The notes below the pieces were generated by a model. It was not told the origin of the DNA and did not search any database. It was given only the letters and a program-made list of their open reading frames with translations. Of a stretch of DNA of 43,912 nt, positions 26,799 through 36,882 are shown one piece after another. Every line of letters begins with the position of its first letter. The stretch's first letter is position 1. Origin of the DNA: Opitutia bacterium (GTDB taxonomy: Bacteria; Verrucomicrobiota; Verrucomicrobiia; Opitutales; T3Sed10-336); NCBI GenBank assembly GCA_050506795.1, contig JBJHCF010000044.1, forward strand, positions 1 to 43,912, written 5' to 3'. Both the position numbers and the translations under genes were made by a program.

Positions 26799-26967
26799 GC
26801 CGAATGCCGGTGGATCCGAACGATTTTACAGGTTGACTTCGCCTTCCGGGATTCGTTCAATCCGGGGTTTTTCATGGCATGGAAGCGTATCCGGCGGGAG
26901 CTTGCCGGAAGGCTTTCTCCAGGCATCAGATGGATGACTGCCGTGCCCTGTCGAAAACCATTCGCCT

Positions 26968-28116
26968 ATGAACGTTCTTAAATCGACCCTGCTGGCTGCG
27001 GCCCTGTGCCTGACCGCGTTTCAATCCAGTCCCAATCGCGCTTTGGCGGCTTTCGATCTTCCCCATGGAGGCTTATTCATCAACGCCTACGGAGAGGCGG
27101 CCTACACCAGCAATCTTTTTCTGACTTCCCGGGAGGAGTCGGATGTGGTGTTAACGGTTCTTCCATCGCTCGAATACCTGATGGCCGAGGGATTGGTTCA
27201 TTTCGAGGCGCACGCCGGCGTGGAATTTCTTCGCTTTATCGACTGGAGTGATCTGGATACGGAAAACCTCAAGTCGAGTTTCCTTCTGTCGTTTCCGCAC
27301 GAAGATCGAGGGAGGATGTTCTTTTTCCAGGTAAACGGCGGCTACAATGAAATCACCTCCGCAACCGCGGTTGACGGAGCTCTCGTGCAGGAGGACGAAA
27401 TTTCCGTGGGCGCTGATCTGGAGTATTTTTTCTCCGATCGGACGTCGGCCCGGTTCGGAGCTTCCCACCGGGATCGAGATGCGCGTACCGCGGGCTTCGC
27501 CTCGCGGAGCGTGACCATGCTGCGCCTCGGGCCGGCACATGAGTTCTCCGAACGCCTGACCCTTTCCGGTGCCGTTCGCTATCGCAAGACCGATGTTTCG
27601 GGAGTCAGACCGGCTCTGGATTCCGAGGATTATTCGCTCATCGTGGGCGCGGAAGGTCGCCTCTTGGCCTTGCTGGTCGGCGAGGTGGCGATCGGTCTGC
27701 AGCGGCGGACTTTCGACGGCGATTTCGACGACCAGACCGAACCTTATGCGTTTGCCGGGCTCACCTGGGAGATGGATGAGATGACCGAAATCAATCTTTC
27801 GCTGACAAGCGACATGCAGACTTCGGCTTCGAATCTTTCCGGCCAGACGATCCTGGTGTCCCTGGAAGGTGTTCGCCGCATCGGGGAGCAGTTGCGGCTT
27901 AATCTGGGCGCCGGCTACGAGGATTCCTCTTATGTACAAGCCAGTGGGAACGAGCGTAACGACGATGAATGGTCCGTGTTTGGAGGGGCTCGTTACAGTC
28001 TGAACCGGCATGTTTCCCTCAACTGGGACGTCTCTTTCGCCCAGCGAAATTCAGATTTCTCGGCATCCAATTACGACGTCGTGCGCACCGGAGTTTCGGT
28101 GGACGCGCGGTTTTGA
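26968..28116 (+). CDS. Exopolysaccharide-locus outer-membrane beta-barrel protein
   Basis: Signal peptide, YTSNLF barrel start, terminal DARF; directly upstream of Wza/Wzc. Confidence 0.8.
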   Translation: MNVLKSTLLAAALCLTAFQSSPNRALAAFDLPHGGLFINAYGEAAYTSNLFLTSREESDVVLTVLPSLEYLMAEGLVHFEAHAGVEFLRFIDWSDLDTENLKSSFLLSFPHEDRGRMFFFQVNGGYNEITSATAVDGALVQEDEISVGADLEYFFSDRTSARFGASHRDRDARTAGFASRSVTMLRLGPAHEFSERLTLSGAVRYRKTDVSGVRPALDSEDYSLIVGAEGRLLALLVGEVAIGLQRRTFDGDFDDQTEPYAFAGLTWEMDEMTEINLSLTSDMQTSASNLSGQTILVSLEGVRRIGEQLRLNLGAGYEDSSYVQASGNERNDDEWSVFGGARYSLNRHVSLNWDVSFAQRNSDFSASNYDVVRTGVSVDARF

Positions 28117-28120
28117 ACTG

Positions 28121-28801
28121 ATGTCCCGGGCGATTATGAATGGATTTCTCGGAGTTTTGGCCCGGATGTCCTTGACTGCGTTGATCTGCTGCGGAGTGTT
28201 TATTCCGGCTTTGGCGGGACAGGAAACCGGGGATCTTCGTTCGGATCCGACGACCATGGAATCCGAAACCGCCTCGACGCCGTACCTTCTCAGTCCTTTT
28301 GACACCGTTAGAATCTCGGTCTACGGGCAACCGGACCTGGATACTCGGCAACGGATTACGGATGCGGGAGTGGTTTCGCTTCCCCTGTTGGGAAATGTCA
28401 GGGTCGGTGGGTTGGCGGTGCGCGAGGCTCAGGAGAGGATCCGGATCGCGTTTATCGAAGAGGAACTCCTCCGCAACCCGGTGATTTCTTTGGCGATCGA
28501 GGAATTTTCACCCAAACAGATCACCGTTCTCGGACAGGTCACCCGACCGGGCGCGATAACGCTTCCCAGCGGCTCCAACGATATCGCCATTGAATCCGCG
28601 ATCGCTATGGCCGGAGGCTTTACCGGGACCGCGCGTCGAAGTCGGGTCCGGGTCACCCGTTTCGATGATGAAGCCGGGCGTGAAAGAGTTTTTCAGGTCG
28701 ACCTGGATGAAATTCTGGCCGATAGCGACGGAGATTTTACCACCGGCGGGTTCCGGGTGTTTCCCGACGACATCGTGTTTGTGCCCCAGCGATTGTTTTA
28801 G
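28121..28801 (+). CDS. wza: Polysaccharide export protein (Wza/Poly_export + SLBB)
   Basis: YLLSPFDTVRISVYGQPDL, GVVSLPLLG, VLGQVTRPG, AIAMAGGFT, DDIVFVPQRLF. Confidence 0.88.
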   Translation: MSRAIMNGFLGVLARMSLTALICCGVFIPALAGQETGDLRSDPTTMESETASTPYLLSPFDTVRISVYGQPDLDTRQRITDAGVVSLPLLGNVRVGGLAVREAQERIRIAFIEEELLRNPVISLAIEEFSPKQITVLGQVTRPGAITLPSGSNDIAIESAIAMAGGFTGTARRSRVRVTRFDDEAGRERVFQVDLDEILADSDGDFTTGGFRVFPDDIVFVPQRLF

Positions 28802-28915
28802 GCGATACGCTTGGGCCGATTTCGGCTGATCCGGAGGTTTTTCTACTTTGATTTCCGGTTTGCGATCCTTCCGGCTTGCCTCCCATCGCGGGAAACTCTC
28901 CCATTCATTTTGTTC

Positions 28916-31135
28916 ATGTTCGAGCCATCGCATAACCAAGCTTCAGATCCGCTGCACGAAAACGGCGGCGAGTTTCTTCGGCTGGGCGACATTGTACTGA
29001 TTCTAAGACGTCGGGGCTGGATCGGGCTATTGGCGGGTCTTCTGGTTGGAGGGGGGGCGATGCTGGGAATCATGCAACAGACGCCCCGGTACGAAGCGTC
29101 GTCAAGTCTGGTTGTGGAGCTCAATCCGGATCGAGTGGTGAATGTGGAGGAGGTGGTCGACATCGGTGTGGAAGGCGGGCTTCTGGCCGCTGCCATGAAT
29201 ACCCACCTGGAACGCCTGCGCAGCCGCCGAATGGCGGAAACGGTGCTGGAGCAATTGAGCCCGGCCCAAAGGGAACAGGTTCGCCGGCCGTTTCTGAGAG
29301 CCAATCAGCATTCCGACGAGCAGGTTGTCCTATCTCCCGGGATGATTCGCGATATCATCGAAATCCGCTGGTTACGCAACTCCCAGGTTCTGCAAATCAG
29401 CGCCCGTCATCCCGATCCGGAAGTAACGCGCCTTTTATCGAACCTCTACGCCCAGAATTATATCGGGTTTCAATCCTCGCTTCGCGACAGTTCGACCGCG
29501 TCGGCGGTTGCTTTCTTGGAAGGCGAGGTCGCCGATATTCATCGGCGACTGGAGGCCGGGGAGCGGGAATTGGCGGAGTATCGGCGGCTTCACAATCTCG
29601 TGGCGCTTGAAGACAATCGGAATATTATCACAGACGAAATGCGCCAGATAAACGCGGCGCTTACCGAACAGCGAGTCAAGGCGATCGAACTTCGTACCCT
29701 CCTGCAGCAGATCGATGAGGCCGGGGACGATCTGGACCGATTGCTGGAGATTTCTACCGTCGCCCGCCCAACGATTATACAGGAACAGGTTTCGCAGCTC
29801 CGGGAGGTGGAGAACGAGCGCGACGAATTGTCCGAAACTTTCCTTCGTCGCCATCCCAGGATGGTGGCCAATGCCTCGCGGCAGGCTTCGGTTGAATCGA
29901 CATTGCGGCGGTCCATCGAGCGCAGAATCGCTGAAATCCGCGGAGACTATGCCGCGGTTCAAACCAGTATCGCCGGCTTGGAGACGGAATTGAGGGAGGC
30001 CGAGGCGCGGTCGCTGGAACTGGATCGATTGGCCATTGACCTGAATACGCTTCGCCGCGGGGTCGAGGCCGAGCGGCGCACCTACGAACAGTTGGCGGCG
30101 CGGCTCAATGAGACCATGGTGACAAGTCAGATCGATATCACCAACCTGCGTATCCTGGATCTGGCGGATACGCCCAGGGAACCGTTTTCTCCGAGTTTGC
30201 TTTTGGCCGGATTGCTGGGAACCGCGCTTTTTGGCATCGTTCTGGTCGGTCTGCCTGTGGGGATCGAGCTGATGGATAAGCGACTGCAGACCTACGCCGG
30301 AATCGAGAACTACATCGGCAAATCGGTGCTGGGCGATGTCAGGTTCCTCCCCGGGAAGTCGAGCAGTCAGATTATGACCGGGGTGATGGCGGAGGAAGAA
30401 GCTCTTCTGGAGTCATTTCGTGCGATTTACAGCAGTCTGCTCCTGCACCGGCTTCCGGAAGCCCCATTGACCCTGATCGTGACCTCCTCGATTCCGGAGG
30501 AGGGTAAAACCTCCATCGCCGGAAACCTGGCTCAAATTTTCGGACGCCACGGAAGGAAAACTTTGCTTATCGACGCTGATCTTCGGCGGCCGTCGCTACA
30601 CCGGGGATTCAACCTCACCAATGACCAGGGCGGCCTCGTTCCCTGGATTCAGAGCGAGGAAGGTTTGCCGCCAGTGGGCGTGACCGTGGAAAACTTTGCC
30701 CCGCTTGCCGTGGCGCAACTGGGGTCGAATACCTGGCTGCTTCGTTCCGGGGGATCGACCAAGTCGCCCACCGAGATTTTCGCCAATACCAAGTTCGATC
30801 AGATTATTTCGAGGATCAAGACGGAGTTTGAGGTCGTGATCCTGGATACTCCGCCGGTGGGGGTGTTTCCCGACGCCACCTTGATTGGAGACTACTGCGA
30901 TGGCACGGTGTTTGTCGCCCGCCAGCGAAAGGTCACCAAGGCCCGGGCTCGCAATTCGGTTCTGCGTATGGACCGGACCGCGGCGCCGGTTCTCGGCGTG
31001 GTTTTCAACGCTGTCCGCGGTCATTCGGCCACCAGTGGTGACGGTTATGGATACGGTGAATCCTACCATTACGGCTACGGGAAAGACGTGGAGAAATACC
31101 GAAAGCAATACGCGCAGTCGGAATCAAGGGATTGA
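28916..31135 (+). CDS. wzc: Polysaccharide co-polymerase / tyrosine autokinase (Wzc/GumC)
   Basis: Two TMs flanking a coiled coil; TSSIPEEGKT, IDADLRRP, ILDTPP; Tyr-rich tail GYGYGESYHYGYG. Confidence 0.93.
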   Translation: MFEPSHNQASDPLHENGGEFLRLGDIVLILRRRGWIGLLAGLLVGGGAMLGIMQQTPRYEASSSLVVELNPDRVVNVEEVVDIGVEGGLLAAAMNTHLERLRSRRMAETVLEQLSPAQREQVRRPFLRANQHSDEQVVLSPGMIRDIIEIRWLRNSQVLQISARHPDPEVTRLLSNLYAQNYIGFQSSLRDSSTASAVAFLEGEVADIHRRLEAGERELAEYRRLHNLVALEDNRNIITDEMRQINAALTEQRVKAIELRTLLQQIDEAGDDLDRLLEISTVARPTIIQEQVSQLREVENERDELSETFLRRHPRMVANASRQASVESTLRRSIERRIAEIRGDYAAVQTSIAGLETELREAEARSLELDRLAIDLNTLRRGVEAERRTYEQLAARLNETMVTSQIDITNLRILDLADTPREPFSPSLLLAGLLGTALFGIVLVGLPVGIELMDKRLQTYAGIENYIGKSVLGDVRFLPGKSSSQIMTGVMAEEEALLESFRAIYSSLLLHRLPEAPLTLIVTSSIPEEGKTSIAGNLAQIFGRHGRKTLLIDADLRRPSLHRGFNLTNDQGGLVPWIQSEEGLPPVGVTVENFAPLAVAQLGSNTWLLRSGGSTKSPTEIFANTKFDQIISRIKTEFEVVILDTPPVGVFPDATLIGDYCDGTVFVARQRKVTKARARNSVLRMDRTAAPVLGVVFNAVRGHSATSGDGYGYGESYHYGYGKDVEKYRKQYAQSESRD

Positions 31136-32566
31136 CGCCGCTTTTTTGGATGCCGAGGTGCTTCGACCGGGTTTCATCGAGCTCAATCGACGGTGGGAAA
31201 GCGCGGCAACCGCCAGCAGAGTGAAAGTCGTGGTGACCGCCGGATTCCCAAATGGGAAATCGATCAATGCCATCAGGAGGACTCCGCCCATTCCGGCGGC
31301 AATCCAGATTTCGAGTTGCCTCCAGGATTGTCTTCGGGTCCCAATCAGGATCAGTACCGGACTCAACAGAAGCAGGATTGCGCCGACGATCCCGTGTTCG
31401 GCCAGAAGCTGGAGGTAATCATTGTGGACGAATTCGAAAAACAGCGGCTTCCCGTCTCGACGGATCAGGGATTCATCGGCGTACAATGGATAGATATAGG
31501 GATAGGATCCGGCGCCCCATCCCCACAAAGGGCGCGCCTCAATTACGGATAGGGCGGATCGGTAGGATGCCAGACGGGCGTCAGCGTCGATTTCGCCGTC
31601 CATAAACCGAGAAATCTGGCGTTCGCTGCGTTGGTAGAGTCGCTCCGCTTGCGGGCGAGCGATCCACAGAAGCGAACCGATGGCGACGAGAAACGTCAGT
31701 ATCATCAGACCCGCATGCCACGGTCGCGACGAGCCGCCAGGAATCTGCCGGATGGCACCGAATACAGCCAGCGAGAGCACACCGGCGGCCGCCAGAGCGG
31801 AAGCCCTTGCCTGTGCCAGTAGAATCGACAGGAGCATGGGAGGAATCAGCAGGAAACAGACAAGGGTAAAGTCGGGAAAGCAAAGGCGTTCCCGTGCCCT
31901 GCGCCAGGCATCCAGGGCCAGCCCCATGCTCATTCCCGTCCAAAGGACAACGAGCGCGCCCCAGTGATTCTTGTAGTAGATGGTGCCGAAGAAGGATTGA
32001 CTGTGTGATTCGATAAACCAGAGCATTCGGTCACTGCCCGTTGCATTGACCACGATTCCCAAGACGGTGAGTATGGTCCCGTTGATCAGGATGATGGTCA
32101 ACAACAGGCGCACCGCTCTCCTGGTTCGCAAGGTTAGCCAGGCGGAAGCCAGAAACAGCGTTAAGGCGCCGTAAAATGCCAGGTAAAGGCGGCTGCGGAT
32201 CGGATTGATGGTGGTGGGTTGGTTGGCGGAGTGGGGAAGGGCCATGATTTCCGCCAGCAAGGTGTTGTCGAGCGGCACATAGGCCGGGTTGTAGGTGCCG
32301 CGCCACCCGAGAACGATGGCGATTACCCAGGGAGCGAGCAGGAGCCAGGCTATCAGGGGTTCCTTCCAGGAGACCGGAAGGGCGTTCAGGCAGGGATGTC
32401 TCCTTTCCCAGTACAGTCGGAACAGGAAAAAGAGATGCAGGGCGATACCCGCCCAAAGCAGGGCCTGGGTGGCGAGTTGCAGCGCCCACTCCCGCCGGCC
32501 TCCCACACACCAGGTAACCAGGATCAGGGGAAGACTGAGAACAATGGCGACGGGATAGGTGTGCAT
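31124..32566 (-). CDS. O-antigen ligase / O-oligosaccharyltransferase-like membrane protein (Wzy_C)
   Basis: Many TM helices; FFGTIYYKNH, ARAS, PLWGWGAGSY, VHNDYLQLLAEHGIVG, IDFPF. Confidence 0.88.
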   Translation of the reverse strand: MHTYPVAIVLSLPLILVTWCVGGRREWALQLATQALLWAGIALHLFFLFRLYWERRHPCLNALPVSWKEPLIAWLLLAPWVIAIVLGWRGTYNPAYVPLDNTLLAEIMALPHSANQPTTINPIRSRLYLAFYGALTLFLASAWLTLRTRRAVRLLLTIILINGTILTVLGIVVNATGSDRMLWFIESHSQSFFGTIYYKNHWGALVVLWTGMSMGLALDAWRRARERLCFPDFTLVCFLLIPPMLLSILLAQARASALAAAGVLSLAVFGAIRQIPGGSSRPWHAGLMILTFLVAIGSLLWIARPQAERLYQRSERQISRFMDGEIDADARLASYRSALSVIEARPLWGWGAGSYPYIYPLYADESLIRRDGKPLFFEFVHNDYLQLLAEHGIVGAILLLLSPVLILIGTRRQSWRQLEIWIAAGMGGVLLMALIDFPFGNPAVTTTFTLLAVAALSHRRLSSMKPGRSTSASKKAASIP

Positions 32567-32626
32567 GTATCACCTCGACCTCTGTTGCCTGGCCGGGGCT
32601 CGCAAGTGAGACTTGCGGCGATCAAC

Positions 32627-33181
32627 TCAGGATGGGCTGGCGCCGCCTGAGACCACTCCGCCACCTCCTCCGCCGGTGGCGCCCCGTGCAGACGATCCAC
32701 CGCCTACCGGCGACGAGCGTAATGGGGCTTGGGTGGCGCGGGGCGCGGTTTCGACCGTTTCTTCGGTGGAAATCATCGGTCTCCCGGCCTCCGCACGACT
32801 GCGGGCCAGTTGCTGGCCGGCCTCAAAGGCGTTGCTGATTGGGCCGACTGGCTCAGTGGAAGCGACTACGAACTCTTCGAATCCGGTCATGAGGATCGGC
32901 AAATGTTCTCTCGGCCCTTCCTGAAGGCAGGTCTCCAGGGCCAGCCCGAAAGCGGTGGCGATTTGGATATCGGAAAGGCCGGCATTTCGGCCGAAATCAA
33001 CCACGGTCTGCACCGCTTCGTTCGATTCAGACATCACAAAGTAGGCGGCCAGGCCGTCCACGCTGGTTGTCCCGCCGTTGGCCGGAGTTTGCGCCTGTGT
33101 CGAGACGACGGCGGATAATCCGAGCAGAACGGCTATCAGAAAGGCTTTTGGCATAACGCTGGTATTGAACGGTTGAGACAT
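32627..33181 (-). CDS. Secreted hypothetical protein with Gly/Ser-rich tail ending ASPS
   Basis: Signal peptide (AFLIAVLLGLSAVVSTQA), helical body, tail GGGSSARGATGGGGGGVVSGGASPS; start 33181 or 33154. Confidence 0.7.
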   Translation of the reverse strand: MSQPFNTSVMPKAFLIAVLLGLSAVVSTQAQTPANGGTTSVDGLAAYFVMSESNEAVQTVVDFGRNAGLSDIQIATAFGLALETCLQEGPREHLPILMTGFEEFVVASTEPVGPISNAFEAGQQLARSRAEAGRPMISTEETVETAPRATQAPLRSSPVGGGSSARGATGGGGGGVVSGGASPS

Positions 33182-33207
33182 GGCGATGTCAATCGCCAAC
33201 ATTAGAC

Positions 33208-33630
33208 CTATTCCGCCAGCAATTCCTGGACCTTGGACTTGAGCGTTTCGGCTCTTACCGGTTTGGGCAGAAAATGGGTATTCCGACTGAGTTTCTCCTC
33301 CAGGATGACGATGTCCTCGGTGTAACCGGAAAGGAGCAGGATCTTGGTGCCGGGGAACGCATCGCGGAAGCGTGAAGCGAGTTCGAGTCCCCCCACATCG
33401 GGCATCACCAGGTCGGACACCAGCAGATCGATCCGGCCGGCGTCGTCTCCTTGGGCGTGGTCGATGGCTTCCTGGCCGTTGGTCGTTTCGATCACATCAT
33501 AACCCGCTTTGTTCAGAATCTCGGAGAAGAGCTTCAAGGCGGCGGGCTCGTCTTCTACCAAGAGGATAGTCTTCTTAGTCTCGTTTTTCTCTGACTTGGA
33601 ATCCGATTTGGTGGAAGGGCGGGAATTCAT
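33208..33630 (-). CDS. Single-domain response regulator (REC)
   Basis: ILLVEDE, LLVSDLVMP, LLSGY, FLPKP. Confidence 0.9.
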   Translation of the reverse strand: MNSRPSTKSDSKSEKNETKKTILLVEDEPAALKLFSEILNKAGYDVIETTNGQEAIDHAQGDDAGRIDLLVSDLVMPDVGGLELASRFRDAFPGTKILLLSGYTEDIVILEEKLSRNTHFLPKPVRAETLKSKVQELLAE

Positions 33631-33725
33631 AACTCGAAAAGTAAGATTCCTGTGGAAGACGGCAAGTTCATTCCGTTGGAATGGTTTCGGAGAGGAGGCG
33701 CCGGACGATTCGCGTTTGATTGGAG

Positions 33726-34412
33726 TCAAGCGGAGGCGTTGTTATGAAAAACTCCCTCCCGCTGTACCCAGTGAACGGCGAACTGAATCAACTCCGTGGA
33801 GTGCTTGAGGTTGAGTTTTTCTTTTATCCTGAACCGGTGGGCTTCCACCGTTTTCAGACGGATATTCATTATCGCCGCGATCTCCCGGTTGTTTTTGCCG
33901 TTTCCGATCAACTGGATTACCTGTAACTCCCGATTGGTAAGTTTGCGAATCGGGTTTCTGATTGGCGGGGTCGGGCTGCTGCTGTCCAGTTGCGAGAAAA
34001 GCAGGCTCTGCAGGCGGCTGCTCACATAGAATTCCCCGCCAAGTACCTTGCGTATCGCTTTGAGGATCTGACCGGGATCCTCGGTTTTCATAAGATACCC
34101 TCTGGCTCCCGATTGCAACGCCCGCTCCGCGTAAAAAGACTCGTCATGCATGGAGAACACCAGAACCGGAGTGCCGGTGAAACGCTGCTGCAGTTGCTTC
34201 AAGGCTTCGAAACCATCGGAGCTTTTTAAGTGGATATCCAGGATAAAGAGGTCGGGCGGCCCCGCGCGGAGGCTGTCGGGCAGTGCATCGGTGGATTCCG
34301 CGCTGCCTGAGACAACGAGGTCCCCCGCTTTTTCTATAAGGGCGGTTAACCCCGCCACTAAAACGGGATGGTCATCGATAATAAAGATTTGGGCTGGGTG
34401 AGATTTCTTCAC
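33726..34412 (-). CDS. NarL/LuxR-family response regulator
   Basis: IIDDHP, ILDIHL, LTNRELQVIQLIGNG...KTVEAHRFRIKEKL. Confidence 0.93.
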   Translation of the reverse strand: MKKSHPAQIFIIDDHPVLVAGLTALIEKAGDLVVSGSAESTDALPDSLRAGPPDLFILDIHLKSSDGFEALKQLQQRFTGTPVLVFSMHDESFYAERALQSGARGYLMKTEDPGQILKAIRKVLGGEFYVSSRLQSLLFSQLDSSSPTPPIRNPIRKLTNRELQVIQLIGNGKNNREIAAIMNIRLKTVEAHRFRIKEKLNLKHSTELIQFAVHWVQREGVFHNNASA

Positions 34413-34509
34413 AGCGGTGTTTTAGATCGTGAAGGATACAATAAAATCGGTGGCGGACGCAATAAGGTCTGACCCTACGATAATCTTACTTTTAAACCCC
34501 TGCTGCGTA

Positions 34510-34597
34510 TAAGGGAAAACCGTATCCGGAGTATGGAAAACCGGATAGATTGACGGAGGTGAACCCAGAGAAAGACCCTGAATTGCCGGAAATCCCC
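34510..34597. promoter_or_regulatory. Phased direct repeats upstream of a NarL gene (putative regulator boxes)
   Basis: GGAAAACCG at 34514 and 34535 (21-bp spacing), related GGTGAACCC at 34558 and GGAAATCCC at 34588. Confidence 0.5.
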
Positions 34598-34668
34598 GCA
34601 ATTCACTTGCCAAAGGAGCGTCGCCTCGAGCGGGCGCCGCCCCGATTTCTTCCCTGAACGCGGCCTGA

Positions 34669-35334
34669 TTAACGATTTACCGCGTTCTCCTGTTCCACCC
34701 ACTGAACGCAAAACTGAACCAGCTCGGTCGCGTTTTTCAGGTCCAGCTTTTCTTTGAGGTGTGCGCGGTGGGATTCGATTGTCTTGATGCTCACGTTGAG
34801 GGTTTTAGCGATCTCCCGGGTGGTGCGTCCGCGTCCGATCAATTGCACCACCTCCAGTTCCCGATCGCTCAATCGATCAATTGGAGAGGTTTCCGTGGGG
34901 GAGTAACCCCGGACGATCTGCTGCAGCATTTGGCTGCCAACCCGCTCGCTGACGTAGATCTCGCCTTTGAGTATTTTGCGGATGGCCTGCATGACGCGTT
35001 CGGCGGCTTCCTGCTTCATGACATACGCCTTGGCGCCGGCCCGAAGCACGCGCTGAGCATAAATATTCTCGTCGTGCATCGACAGAACCAGAATCGGCAG
35101 GTCGGGGTAAAGCACCTTCACGTTCTTGATTAACTCAATTCCGCTGCTTCCGCGAAGCGACATGTCCGCGATCACCAGATCAGGGGAGGTCTTGTCAATG
35201 CCGGTGAGGGCGCCAGGGGCGTCTTCCGCTTCGCCGCAGACGGTAAGGTCATCCTCCCCGTTAACCAGATCCGTCAGGCCGCGCCGCATGAGGGCGTGGT
35301 CGTCTACGATGAATATCTTGGTTTTCCGTTTCAA
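34669..35334 (-). CDS. NarL/LuxR-family response regulator
   Basis: IVDDHA, IADMSL, LSDRELEVVQLIGRG...KTIESHRAHLKEKL; TTG start with AGGAG RBS. Confidence 0.93.
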   Translation of the reverse strand: MKRKTKIFIVDDHALMRRGLTDLVNGEDDLTVCGEAEDAPGALTGIDKTSPDLVIADMSLRGSSGIELIKNVKVLYPDLPILVLSMHDENIYAQRVLRAGAKAYVMKQEAAERVMQAIRKILKGEIYVSERVGSQMLQQIVRGYSPTETSPIDRLSDRELEVVQLIGRGRTTREIAKTLNVSIKTIESHRAHLKEKLDLKNATELVQFCVQWVEQENAVNR

Positions 35335-35372
35335 TGGATTTCGCTCCTTGCTGCTGGAATGATCACCCGGTT

Positions 35373-36434
35373 TCAGGGATTGGAAAAAGTGCAGGCTACG
35401 ATGGCGCCGCCTCGCGGGCCGTTACTTAGGTCCAAAGTGCCGCCGAATTGACGGCATCGGTGCTTCATGAGCCGGATTCCCAATCCGTCGCTCGTTGCTG
35501 GGCGATCGGGAAAGCCCCGGCCGTTATCCTCGATGCTGATGCGGCAGAGAAATGCGTTTTCGCGGGCAAGGGTCAGGGTCAACTGCGTTGCGCCTCCGTG
35601 GCGAATGGCGTTGCGAATGGCTTCCTGACACAACCGAAAGAGATGTTTGCGGGTCTCCGATGACGTTACCTCGATGGAATTATCAATATGGCGGTGACAG
35701 GCCACACCCTGATTTGTTTCGATCTCACGCAGAAGTTTTTCGAGGCACGAGATCAGGTCCGAGTCATCCAATTGCAGTGGTGACAAATTGTGCGACATCA
35801 CTCGCACGCGGGAAAGAGCTTCGTTGATCTGATGGGTGATTTCGGCGGCGGATTCGGCGGACTCAGGCGAAATGTGGGCCAGCTGTTTCTCAAGAATCTT
35901 CGACATGCAGGCGATTCCAGCGAGATTCTGACAGAAATCGTCGTGGAGATCCTGACCGATGCGTTCCCGCTCGAAATTGCTGATGCGTACGATTTCCTCG
36001 CTCAGCAACTGCTCGCGACTGACGTCCATAAAAAGGCCGCAAATGACGGTGTCGCCCGATTCGGTGCGAACATGACTGATTTCGTCGATCCACACCTGGG
36101 AACCGTCGGCCGCGCGTATCCGGTAACGGTGTTGGTGGAATCCAGGTTCCAGGAACCTTCCGCGATGTTGGGCCAGGAACCCACTGTGGTCCTCATGACA
36201 CACCAAATCCTCCCAAAAACCGGCCGTTTTCCAGTCCTCTTGAGAGTAACCGAGCCAGGATTCGATCTCCGGCTGGATGGACACCATGTGTCTTCTGTCG
36301 CTGCTGGATCGCCACGAAACCACTCGCGTATTACGCGCGAAAAATTCACCCAGGGCCCGCCAGGCTTCATCTTCGACCGGGGAGGACAGATCAGGGACGG
36401 AGAGTTGAAGTCCGCTGTAAGAGCCCATTTTCAT
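35373..36434 (-). CDS. Cytoplasmic PAS-domain histidine kinase (HisKA_3 type)
   Basis: PAS-like N-terminus (YRIRAADGSQVWI), ERERIGQDLHDDFCQNL, QEAIRNAIRHG, EDNGRGF, GLGIRLM. Confidence 0.92.
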   Translation of the reverse strand: MKMGSYSGLQLSVPDLSSPVEDEAWRALGEFFARNTRVVSWRSSSDRRHMVSIQPEIESWLGYSQEDWKTAGFWEDLVCHEDHSGFLAQHRGRFLEPGFHQHRYRIRAADGSQVWIDEISHVRTESGDTVICGLFMDVSREQLLSEEIVRISNFERERIGQDLHDDFCQNLAGIACMSKILEKQLAHISPESAESAAEITHQINEALSRVRVMSHNLSPLQLDDSDLISCLEKLLREIETNQGVACHRHIDNSIEVTSSETRKHLFRLCQEAIRNAIRHGGATQLTLTLARENAFLCRISIEDNGRGFPDRPATSDGLGIRLMKHRCRQFGGTLDLSNGPRGGAIVACTFSNP

Positions 36435-36882
36435 TTAGATCGTATTTGGGAGATCACTTGTCACCTGTGGTAGCATCAGAGATTAACCAACCGGTTTCAA
36501 GTTGTTCTTTGAGAGTTTCACCCAAGCCTGAATCAGGAAGATAGGCTCAGTTCACCTCCTAGAAACACTTCCTTTTAAACTAGGGGAATTGATTATGCCA
36601 GACTATTTTTCTCATTCAAGGTGGATGATGACGTTGGAGGAGTGATTTTAAGGAATCTTTAAATCCGCGGCTTTACCCGGACAAATTTGACGTGAGATCG
36701 GACCGTTCGGGTCTCGCCGCTTAAATCAACCTCGCTCGGATGACTAAACAAACTTGGTTGTGAACGGGCAGGATCAGGGAGACGTCAGGTGATTATCACC
36801 AAGATGCGCGCTATTTCTCTGTCAAATTTGTGAAATTTGCAGATTGAACTCACCACCACGCCGATCACACCTCTTCCGCAAA

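Noticed and set aside
36435..36882. AT-rich 450-bp gap as an ncRNA or hidden gene
   Set aside because: No convincing ORF, stable structure or repeat found by eye; most simply the kinase promoter region plus the sequence downstream of the original tRNA
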